Shown in pieces: positions 1 through 6,804 of a stretch of DNA of 8,921 nt (positions are counted from its first letter, which is position 1; every line of letters begins with the position of its first letter). The stretch comes from an uncultured archaeon. Lineage in GTDB: Archaea; Asgardarchaeota; Jordiarchaeia; Jordiarchaeales; Jordiarchaeaceae. The position numbers and the translations under genes were made by a program. Below the pieces are notes generated by a model. The model saw only the letters and a program-made list of their open reading frames with translations, was not told the origin of the DNA and searched no databases. Where the stretch lies: contig CAZECW010000130.1 in assembly GCA_964510585.1 (NCBI GenBank), positions 1-8,921 on the forward strand, read 5' to 3'.

Positions 1-52
1 GAGCGACGACATAATTGAAAAAGTGAAGGAGAATTTGTTGAGGTGGGAATAA
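1..52 (+). CDS. 3' end of an upstream gene (..SDDIIEKVKENLLRWE*), product unknown; possibly the PIN-type partner of the UPF0175 gene
   Basis: Frame starting at position 2 is open to TAA at 50-52, which overlaps the ATG at 52-54 (TAATG coupling). Confidence 0.4.
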   Translation, partial: SDDIIEKVKENLLRWE

Positions 53-279
53 TGAATGTTACTCCAGCGATTCCTGAACGAATAAGAAAGAAGTTCCTAA
101 AAGAAATATTAGAAATGTATTCTCAAGGCGAGTTGTCAGCAAGTAGAGCTTCACAAATGCTTGGCATCCCTAGAGCTGCCTTCTACAAGATTTTAGCTGA
201 AACAAAAACTCCTCTCCCAAAGAAACTGAATGAGAGCATCAAGAAAGAACTCAAAGAGTTACTAAACATTGAGGAATGA
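52..279 (+). CDS. UPF0175-family protein (putative antitoxin, HTH-like)
   Basis: MYSQGELSASRASQMLGIPRAAFYKILAETKTP fits the UPF0175 pattern LYxxGxISxxKAAELLGxxxxxFxxxL. ATG 52 is preferred over GTG 43 because GAGGTG (40-45) sits upstream as an SD. Confidence 0.72.
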   Translation: MNVTPAIPERIRKKFLKEILEMYSQGELSASRASQMLGIPRAAFYKILAETKTPLPKKLNESIKKELKELLNIEE

Positions 280-398
280 AAATTCTCTATTTCTTCATAC
301 CCAAAGAAGAAACCACAGTTACAGGAATCTTTGACGAGAAAACCCTAGACTATAGGCCGTGGCGATTGTCAAAATTGGTTTCTGTTAATGGCCAATAG
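276..398 (+). CDS. Possible 40-aa ORF or truncated gene start (MKILYFFIPKEETTVTGIFDEKTLDYRPWRLSKLVSVNGQ)
   Basis: ATGA overlap with the UPF0175 stop (276-279); TAG at 396-398. Too short for the supplied ORF track. Confidence 0.25.
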   Translation: MKILYFFIPKEETTVTGIFDEKTLDYRPWRLSKLVSVNGQ

Positions 399-453
399 GA
401 AAACATTGATTTTTCGCAATTGTTACCGCTCTACGTTGGGTGAGCTGCCAACC

Positions 454-529
454 GTTGTCCAAAACTTACCCATCTAGGACATTCTCCCAGATGGTGTTCG
501 GTTCCCGCACCAACAGGGGAGCAACTGCC
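454..529. repeat. Conserved non-coding core, copy A
   Basis: Direct repeat of 1650-1723 with blocks at 27/28, 15/15, 9/9 and 4/4 identity. The variable linkers differ by 1 nt each. Confidence 0.95.
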
Positions 530-731
530 GTTCTGAATTTCCATATCTTCCCGTATACGGGGAATCCTTCGAGCTTCATCCCTGGCTTCATCTTGGGTAC
601 AACCCGCCCTTCCGCAAAGGGACTGCATACGCTCGCATTCGGGGGGAACGGGTTTCAATTGGATAAAGGGCTTCATCGTTTCCTCTGGCTCTCTCCCCAC
701 ATTCGATAGATTCGCAAAATCTGCCTTTTTT
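454..731 (-). mobile_element. Element A: putative non-autonomous IS200/IS605/IS607-type remnant (tnpB tail, omegaRNA-like scaffold, right-end hairpin)
   Basis: Minus strand reads AAAAAAGGCA..AATCTA, then codes NLSNVGREPEET (TnpB-tail-like), then three GATGAAGC motifs, GGCAGTTGCTCCCCTGTTGGTGCGGGAACC and hairpin CCATCTGGG/CCTAGATGG followed by GTAAGTT. The similarity is recalled, not aligned. Confidence 0.45.
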
Positions 732-880
732 TAGGCTTTTCCAGTGCTTCTCAAAACCTGTTTCCCGGTCTTTTTTCGCTCCAACTTGTTTTAACCTTAA
801 AAATTAATGAGAAACGCAGATAAAACCGTAAATTATTAGGCTAAAGAGTGAAGAAAACAGCAAAGATTCTGCGAATCTAT
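706..880. repeat. 17-bp inverted repeat (706-722 / 864-880), with a second 10-bp arm pair at 690-699 / 916-925
   Basis: The reverse complement of ATAGATTCGCAAAATCT matches AGATTCTGCGAATCTAT at 16/17. TCTCTCCCCA and TGGGGAGAGA are perfectly complementary. Confidence 0.85.
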
Positions 881-1025
881 TGCCCGAGGTTTGAAGTCGC
901 GAAGGAACTTGGATTTGGGGAGAGAATAACTGATTGGAACCACATCATAAGCAGTTCGATCTATCGATAATTTCCCCAAAAAAAGGGGTTTTGCTCTAAG
1001 CTCTAACAGCTAAAATAAAGACAAG

Positions 1026-1065
1026 TTTTATAGGGGAAACTACCATTAAGTTGAAATGTGGAGGT
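1026..1065 (+). promoter_or_regulatory. Putative TATA box and SD of relBE
   Basis: TTTTATAG at 1026-1033; GGAGGT at 1060-1065, upstream of ATG 1072. Confidence 0.4.
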
Positions 1066-1071
1066 AGTTGA

Positions 1072-1281
1072 ATGGTGGAATCAAAAGACGATTTTACCTT
1101 AATTCTTGAGGAATTAAAGGCTATAAGAAGGGATCTTGCCTACATTAAGAAGCACATGATAGAAGTGGATAATCTTTTAACAAAGGTAGAAGAATTGATG
1201 CTAAAAGAGGCGGAGAGAGAGTTTACAGAGGGAAAGACCGTAAAACTTGAAGATTTAAAGAGGGAGCTGAGTGAGCTTTGA
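1072..1281 (+). CDS. Archaeal RelB-like antitoxin
   Basis: 69-aa acidic helical protein ending GKTVKLEDLKREL, overlapping a downstream RelE gene. Confidence 0.75.
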   Translation: MVESKDDFTLILEELKAIRRDLAYIKKHMIEVDNLLTKVEELMLKEAEREFTEGKTVKLEDLKRELSEL

Positions 1282-1531
1282 AATTCAATTAAGTACTAGA
1301 GCTTACAAATTTTTTAAAAAAATTCCTAGGGATGTGTACATTCGTTTAATAAATAAAATAGAAGAATTGGCTGAAAATCCGTTTCCAACCGGTGTGAAGA
1401 GAATTTTTGGGAGGGAAGAAAAGCTATTTAGAATAAGAGTTGGAGATTATAGAATCCTTTATGAGATTTTTCCGGATAAAAAGGTAATATTAATAGTGAA
1501 TATTGATAAGAGATCAAAAGTTTATAAATAA
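1271..1531 (+). CDS. relE: RelE/ParE-superfamily toxin (RelE-type mRNA interferase)
   Basis: 86 aa, basic; ELAENPFP, LFRIRVGDYRILYEI and the C-terminal KRSKVY are RelE hallmarks. Confidence 0.9.
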   Translation: MSFEIQLSTRAYKFFKKIPRDVYIRLINKIEELAENPFPTGVKRIFGREEKLFRIRVGDYRILYEIFPDKKVILIVNIDKRSKVYK

Positions 1532-1649
1532 TTCAAGAGATATTTAGAAGCTAATTATTAGCTCGACAATGTTAAATTTGTTTTTTTAGATTTCTTATTG
1601 GGTGTTCTGCCCTTTTTGAGAAACACCCTAATTGATAGTGAAGGAGACA

Positions 1650-1723
1650 GTTGTCCGAAACTTACCCATCTAGGACAGTTCCTTTATGGTGTTCGGTTCC
1701 TGCTTCGTAGGGGAGCACTTGCC
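1650..1723. repeat. Conserved non-coding core, copy B
   Basis: Direct repeat of 454-529 (see copy A). Confidence 0.95.
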
Positions 1724-1819
1724 CTCTTGGGGCATGAAACTCTCCTCTCTCGCGGGCGTTTTTTGTGTGTGTCCTGCGCCCAACTGGCGTAGTAGATTAT
1801 GAAATTTTTTGCCTTTTTT
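1650..1819 (-). mobile_element. Element B: putative orphan tnpB 3'-end/omegaRNA module
   Basis: Minus strand reads AAAAAAGGCA..AATCTA, GCAGGACA..AACGCCCGCG, hairpin GCCC-CAAGA-GGGC, AAGTGCTCCCCTACGAAGCAGGAACC, then the terminal hairpin and GGGTAAGTT. It translates as NLLRQLGAGHTQKTPAREESFMPQEGKCSPTKQEP, like TnpB tails (NIL..G.G..E.TP.E....GQ..SMKQEA). No RuvC or Zn-finger sequence lies upstream. Confidence 0.5.
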
Positions 1820-2203
1820 GTAGTATTCCCATCCTTGGAGTAATCCTTTTTCTTGTGTTTTTTCCAGCGAAAAAGGGTGGTTTATTGTTCCCCAATTTTT
1901 CCCCGGCGCGGCAAGAAAATGATAAAAATTTAGATTATGTATTACAGGTGGTGGGGTATTTGGGCTCTTTAAACTGTTTCTCAAATTTGAGTGGCTTACC
2001 TTTTTTGGAGCAACTTTTTGATAAGTGAGGTTAAGAACAGGGTGGGAAAAATGGAAAGCAGAACATTAATAACTTGCTAACCGTATTTGGTGGCAGAACC
2101 CGAAAGAAATTTAATATCATTGTTATTTTTTTTATACAAAGAATGTGGAAGATCTTGTTTCCTAGTGAGCTTTAAGTGCAGTGATGGGTGGGTGTTGAGA
2201 AGT

Positions 2204-2617
2204 ATGATAGTTGGCTATATTCTTGAAACTTCTCATGGTTTACTTGTTTATGATAAATTCTTTAATGTTAAACCATCCATTGACACGCATCTGGTTGCTT
2301 CTGCTTTTAATTCTATATGCTTGTTTACAAAAGAGATTCTTAATGAGCCCGTTGAAGAGATACTAACTAATGGGAGCAGAATTGTGGTGGCGCATGATGG
2401 TAATGTGATGCTCTCAATTATTTCCCAGAATACTTCGGCGATGGCAAAGCAGCTTGCAAAGAAGTTCGTGAAGCTCTTCTCAAAAAAGCTCCAAACAGAA
2501 GACAAATGCATTGTTGTCTGTGACGCTTTGATTAGCAAGATAAAAGATGAACTAGACGAACTCGACCGGGAAATAATTGAGATAAACGAGAATTACAAGC
2601 ACCAAAGCTACGTGTGA
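2204..2617 (+). CDS. Stand-alone longin/roadblock-like domain protein (137 aa)
   Basis: ATG 2204 follows the GGGTGGGTG SD. The beta-beta-alpha-beta-beta-beta-alpha pattern is visible: GYILETSHGLLVYDKFF, DTHLVASAFNSICLFTKEI (cf. DxxLxSGFxSAIxxFxxE), SRIVVAHDGNVMLSIIS. Confidence 0.6.
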   Translation: MIVGYILETSHGLLVYDKFFNVKPSIDTHLVASAFNSICLFTKEILNEPVEEILTNGSRIVVAHDGNVMLSIISQNTSAMAKQLAKKFVKLFSKKLQTEDKCIVVCDALISKIKDELDELDREIIEINENYKHQSYV

Positions 2618-2626
2618 GGTTCGAGA

Positions 2627-3361
2627 ATGGTTGAAGTACACGAAATAAGCGATGGAGTCTACCTGTTCTCCTCATATCTCCGGGAAAACCAAATATCGGT
2701 AGCATCATTCCTCATCGTGGACGAGGAACCAACCCTCATAGAAACCGGGACGCTGGGGGCGGCTAAAAACTTCATCCCCGAAATAGAGAAAATAGTCCCC
2801 GCCGAAAAAATATCCAACATTTTTGTGACCCACGAGCACCTGGACCACATGGGTGGCCTACCTGAATACGTATCGGAAGCCTACAACGCCAAAATCGTGG
2901 CACACCAGTTCACAAAAGCCCAACTCGGATTCATGGGAATAGTTGGGAAAACAGTCCTCACACTGGGAGGAGAAACAATACAAATAGGCAAGAGGAAAAT
3001 AGAAATCATACACGCCCCAGTGGAAACTGCAGGCACAATCATATTCAACCTTCAGCCTGACGGAATCCTCTTCTCAGGAGACTACTTCGGACAACTAACA
3101 GAAGAAAAATGGACACTACACATAGAATCAACAGAAGAACTCCTCAAAAAAATATATGAACTACACCAAGGACTCGGATACACCCAACAAGACATAAAAA
3201 CATACCTCTCCCCACTACTCAGAATCCCACTAAAAACAATAGCCCCATCACACGGCTCAATAATCCAAAAAGACCTAAAACAAGTAATAGAAAAAACACT
3301 AAAAACAAACCTCAAACCAGCAAAAAAAGGCACCCTATGGTCAAAAATATTCGGCAAATAA
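2627..3361 (+). CDS. MBL-fold metalloprotein, FprA/ODP-like, without a flavodoxin domain
   Basis: LIETG, THEHLDHMGG (HxHxDH), GILFSGDYFG and IAPSHG. It starts 9 nt after the longin-like stop, with a GAGGT SD. Confidence 0.85.
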   Translation: MVEVHEISDGVYLFSSYLRENQISVASFLIVDEEPTLIETGTLGAAKNFIPEIEKIVPAEKISNIFVTHEHLDHMGGLPEYVSEAYNAKIVAHQFTKAQLGFMGIVGKTVLTLGGETIQIGKRKIEIIHAPVETAGTIIFNLQPDGILFSGDYFGQLTEEKWTLHIESTEELLKKIYELHQGLGYTQQDIKTYLSPLLRIPLKTIAPSHGSIIQKDLKQVIEKTLKTNLKPAKKGTLWSKIFGK

Positions 3362-3473
3362 TACAATACCAACAAGTTTGCCTAACCTACGAGCTGCCTC
3401 CTCCCGAATTTTTATTTTAGCGTACATAATATAAAGGAATGCCTATATAAAGTTATAATGTTCACTGTTTTCT

Positions 3474-3653
3474 GGCACAGTTAACCCGATGGCACCTGTT
3501 GTGCGCTGTACATTTCTCGTCTCAAACGCCCCTTCTTCTTGGACGTGTTTCAGCGTGCTTAACCTGTGGAACAAATGCGAGCAGGCCCCCTCAGGGGGCT
3601 TAAGGACACTTTTCAAACATTCAAACAATAAGCAACTCCCAGTTAATTGTGCC
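3474..3653. mobile_element. MITE, 180 bp, possibly IS6-related
   Basis: Terminal inverted repeats GGCACAGTTAAC (3474-3485) and GTTAATTGTGCC (3642-3653) match at 11/12. Flanks TGTTTTCT (3466-3473) and CGTTTTCT (3654-3661) match at 7/8, like a target-site duplication. No transposase. Confidence 0.65.
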
Positions 3654-3711
3654 CGTTTTCTATGCGTCAGGTTTTTTAGTTTAGTTGAAAAATATATTTA
3701 TGGTGGCTTTT

Positions 3712-3870
3712 ATGGAGGAGCTTGAGCGCCTGCTCAAGGAGAAAATGAAGATTCTTAAACCAAAAGAATGCGCCGTAATTTATGATGATGAGAGAGGGCT
3801 TCTCATCAGTGTTTGTAATGAGGAAGGAAAGATAAAAATAGTTTCAAAAAAAGTAGATGAGCTCCAATGA
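3712..3870 (+). CDS. Small hypothetical protein (52 aa, MEELERLLKEKMK...)
   Basis: ATG 3712 follows a GGTGG SD; the stop overlaps the next ATG (ATGA 3867-3870). Confidence 0.6.
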   Translation: MEELERLLKEKMKILKPKECAVIYDDERGLLISVCNEEGKIKIVSKKVDELQ

Positions 3871-4292
3871 TCATAGATTCCTCAACCATACCTTCAACCA
3901 GACCTTACCACTTTTACTCAGCAAAAAGACACATTTTAATAGTAGTCTCGAATCCAAAAAGCTTAGAAGGCAAAGTCTCAGATATTAGGGAACTCTTAAA
4001 TTTTGAGGACAGGGAGCTGGCTGAGGCGGCTAGAAGGGTTCTTGAAGCCGCCCTGGAGAAAATAGTTGAACTCGGAATTCCCTTCATTCTGGGGGAGATT
4101 TTGGTAGAGGTTGATTTTGAGGATCCCTCATGGAGCTACGCGGTGTTAACACTGGAAATTGTTGTCAGAGAGGATCTCTTTGAAACTTTGAGGGAGAGGA
4201 TCGTGAATGTTGCCTACTCTGGTTTAGAGCCTGAAAGAGCTTCGCGGGTGCTGCTAGATGTTCGACCCTATAGATTTTCTGAAACTGGCTGA
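3867..4292 (+). CDS. Hypothetical protein, probable HEPN partner/antitoxin
   Basis: 141-aa acidic protein with a DFEDPSW motif, overlapping the HEPN gene by 35 nt. Confidence 0.65.
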   Translation: MIIDSSTIPSTRPYHFYSAKRHILIVVSNPKSLEGKVSDIRELLNFEDRELAEAARRVLEAALEKIVELGIPFILGEILVEVDFEDPSWSYAVLTLEIVVREDLFETLRERIVNVAYSGLEPERASRVLLDVRPYRFSETG

Positions 4293-4584
4293 AAAACTTT
4301 TAACGCATGACGAGGCAAAAATTAGAACTGTTATCAGTAGGTCCTATTATGCCTCCTTCCTATACGTGAGGGAAGTTGCCAGTTTAGGGGAATTAAAGAT
4401 GCCCAGAGTTCACAGAGAAGTGATCCGATTTCTCTATGGGAGGAACCCACTTGCCGCAAACACCCTCCACCTACTAAGGCGGCTTAGAAACAGTGCAGAC
4501 TACGATTTAAAACGTGCATTCTCAATATCCGAAGCAAAGCTATCAATCAACTACGCGAAAAAAATTATAAGCAGCATAACCTAA
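4258..4584 (+). CDS. HEPN-domain protein
   Basis: RTVISRSYYASF...HREV...LRRLRNSADYD is the characteristic archaeal HEPN pattern (ISRAYYA / RxxADY). Confidence 0.85.
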   Translation: MFDPIDFLKLAEKLLTHDEAKIRTVISRSYYASFLYVREVASLGELKMPRVHREVIRFLYGRNPLAANTLHLLRRLRNSADYDLKRAFSISEAKLSINYAKKIISSIT

Positions 4585-4599
4585 GAGAGGTTGTTTATA

Positions 4600-4740
4600 A
4601 TGGTGGAGGAGAACAAACTATAGAAAAGGCTTAGAGGGCGATACCAGCCTAAATGAGATGGTGAATGGTCAGTTACAGAAGAACTATAAAGCATAGTCGA
4701 ATCGAGTAGAGAGTTTCGGGAAGGATTCAACCTGAGATGA
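4600..4740 (+). pseudogene. Probable decayed VapB-type antitoxin
   Basis: One frame with three internal stops, ending EEL*SIVESSREFREGFNLR*; ATGA overlap with the vapC remnant. Confidence 0.3.
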
Positions 4741-5040
4741 AGCCTCTCGACACAGAAACCATAGTTGAACTACTTCGATAGATAGAACACAAATTTGGAG
4801 CAGCATCCATCAAAACCCTAATGGAAGTTCTGAGAGGAGAAGCCAAAAAGGAGTCAAAGAGCTCCTATAGGATAGCTTCTTGTCATAAATTTGAACAACA
4901 GGATAATCGAAACCTCTTGTTACCCACATCAAAAATTAAAGGAAAGTGGAATCACACTAGATGCTAACTCCCTCATAGATGCAACCGCTATTGCTCAGGA
5001 TCTAAGACTTGAAACCAACACTTCCAAACACTTGGACTAA
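4737..5040 (+). pseudogene. vapC: VapC/PIN-domain toxin pseudogene
   Basis: N-terminal MKPLDTETIVELLR*...SIKTLMEVLRG has a TAG at 4779-4781. C-terminal KLKESGITLDANSLIDATAIAQDLRLETNTSKHLD* lies in the +1 frame. Both match PIN motifs (LDT..., E.LRG, D.LIAATA...L.T.N.KH). Confidence 0.75.
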
Positions 5041-5268
5041 AAATAGAGTACCATCAAAAAAAGAACCTCATATTGTCTTAGCCACCCAGAAAAAAGACAA
5101 TTTGAATCACTAATAGCACTGATGCAAATACCAGAAATACAGGTTCAAAAATAAAGGGGCGCATTTGTGGAGAATAATCCAAACACGAAATATAATATGG
5201 CATATATTAAGGGTAAATATCTTTTCTTCTCTTTGAAGGCGACTGTTTGTGTGAAATGTTTTTTCCTC

Positions 5269-6804
5269 TTATTGGGGGATGAATTTTGTTCCAGTTCCGC
5301 CGTGTTGTGTACGCCTAACTCTTATTTCAGTAACTACGGGATGCGTGGTGGCAACCCCTGAAACTATGGAGATACCGTTGGGCAGGAGTGGTATGCGTCC
5401 AATGTCGTCTGCACTTGAATAGTCAAGGTAAGGCTTAAGATACTCCAAATCATAGTTCCCCTCAATGCGGAACACTATCTTTGTCCCACACTGACTCAGG
5501 ATGTCCTTATCTAAACCCACTATTCTCTGGCTTGTAATACAGAGTCCCAAACCAAACTTTCTCCCCTCACGAGCTATTTTGCGCATCTGCCTCCTACTAT
5601 AAGTATTAGTCTCCTGAGGCGCGAAACGGTGACTCTCCTCAACAACCACAAGCATAGGGGGAATGGCACCCCTCTTACGTGCCTGAAACAATTTTTGAAG
5701 AATAACCCCAGCAATTATCCTCCTCACCCTCTCATCCATATCCCCACTCAAATCAATTATACTCAAAACACCAGGCTTAACAACATCACCCGTGTTGAAC
5801 CCCTCACCGAATATGCCCAGCTCTCTTAAAACAGTTATACGCCTCAAAGTGGAGAGAACAGTGTTCCTCTGAAACTTCCACTCCTCAGCAGCACGTTCCA
5901 CCGCCCCAACCAAAACATCAGGGTCAAAGTTCCGCCTCTCCACGCCAAGCCGCTTCATAGAAAGAAAGAGGAGGTCCGACTGAACATCACTCATTCCACA
6001 TATTTCACTTATTGCGTAGGCGTCCAGGTCACCCATACTTATTGTGAGTTCAACCCCACCATTTCTGCCAAGCCCCCTTGGAATATAGCTTACAGCCGGG
6101 TATCCCTTAGGAGTAACACCAAACTCCCCGCAACGCTCAACATCCCCAATGCTTTTGTTCGGCTGCCTGAAGGTACCATACTCGCCATGAGGATCAATAA
6201 CCAGTACTGGAAGATTCTTCTCCAAAAGCTCCTCAATAAGCACACCAACAGCATAGGACTTACCGCTCCCAGTAGCTCCAAGCACAGCCACATGGTGCCT
6301 CACAAGCTTCTCTGGATCCAACAGCACCCTTATAGAATTGTTTCCCCTCATCAAACCAATGTAGAGACCGTCACTGGGCAACCCTAAAAAGCTGGTAAGC
6401 AGTTTTGTGTCAGCCCTATAAACCATGTCGCCGGGCTCAGGAGCATCCTCAGGTGGAAGAATCCTGCCACTTTTAACAATTCCAACCACCCTCACCCTTG
6501 CCACCCTCCACCTACTAGACCTTGTTGGAAAACGGGAATCCACAGTTATGCCCCGGGCAATATGGTACTTTACAAACTCTGGGTCACTGTAGTACTCATT
6601 GTAGCTCTGAATGCTGGAAATACGGCCAACAAGAACACTAAGCCCCAAGGGCACCTCCACATATTCCCCCACCTTTACCTCTGTTTCCTCAGCCACCTGA
6701 AAATCAAAACTCAAGTGGTTGGGTGTGTTATCTCCACAGACTATGACTCCCAAATCCCTTCTTTGTTGAAGTGGTTGGTTGCCGTTCTCAGTTCTTTTCT
6801 GCAT
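5269..6804 (-). CDS. herA: HerA-family ATPase/DNA translocase (HAS barrel + FtsK/HerA ATPase)
   Basis: RHHVAVLGATGSGKS (Walker A), VIDPHGEY, VVVEESHRF (Walker B), REGRKFG, ITSQR. ATG 6804 is preferred because of the upstream GGAGG..GGAG; the alternative start is 6825. Confidence 0.93.
   Translation of the reverse strand: MQKRTENGNQPLQQRRDLGVIVCGDNTPNHLSFDFQVAEETEVKVGEYVEVPLGLSVLVGRISSIQSYNEYYSDPEFVKYHIARGITVDSRFPTRSSRWRVARVRVVGIVKSGRILPPEDAPEPGDMVYRADTKLLTSFLGLPSDGLYIGLMRGNNSIRVLLDPEKLVRHHVAVLGATGSGKSYAVGVLIEELLEKNLPVLVIDPHGEYGTFRQPNKSIGDVERCGEFGVTPKGYPAVSYIPRGLGRNGGVELTISMGDLDAYAISEICGMSDVQSDLLFLSMKRLGVERRNFDPDVLVGAVERAAEEWKFQRNTVLSTLRRITVLRELGIFGEGFNTGDVVKPGVLSIIDLSGDMDERVRRIIAGVILQKLFQARKRGAIPPMLVVVEESHRFAPQETNTYSRRQMRKIAREGRKFGLGLCITSQRIVGLDKDILSQCGTKIVFRIEGNYDLEYLKPYLDYSSADDIGRIPLLPNGISIVSGVATTHPVVTEIRVRRTQHGGTGTKFIPQ

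Noticed and set aside
454-529. Self-cleaving ribozyme (hammerhead, HDV, twister)
   Set aside because: GAAAC is present only in copy B and there is no CTGANGA core; HDV and twister consensus elements were not found.
625-656. 5S rRNA or group II intron domain V resemblance (ACCCGTTCCC..CCGAA; GAACCG)
   Set aside because: The other 5S helices, the domain V AGC triad/CGGTTC arm and a GTGCG 5' boundary are all missing.
431-709. ORFs 431-700 (-) and 440-709 (+) as genes
   Set aside because: They overlap the repeated structured element, and homology with copy B is out of frame because of 1-nt indels. At most they are vestigial tnpB tail codons.
431-1570. HEARO/IscB omegaRNA hints (CTACGTT at 431; AACATTGTCGAG on the minus strand near 1562-1573)
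   Set aside because: The two short matches are on opposite strands and 1.1 kb apart, so coincidence is likely.
1598-2028. ORFs 1598-1792, 1670-1984 and 1765-2028
   Set aside because: Low-complexity, mutually overlapping frames across element B with no domain signal.
2087-2203. N-terminal extension of the longin-like ORF
   Set aside because: There is a good SD before ATG 2204 and the fold pattern starts there.
3690-3699. AAATATATTT, identical to the centre of the 8271-8290 palindrome
   Set aside because: AT-only and lacking the TTCG/CGAA arms; more simply a TATA-like box of the HEPN operon.
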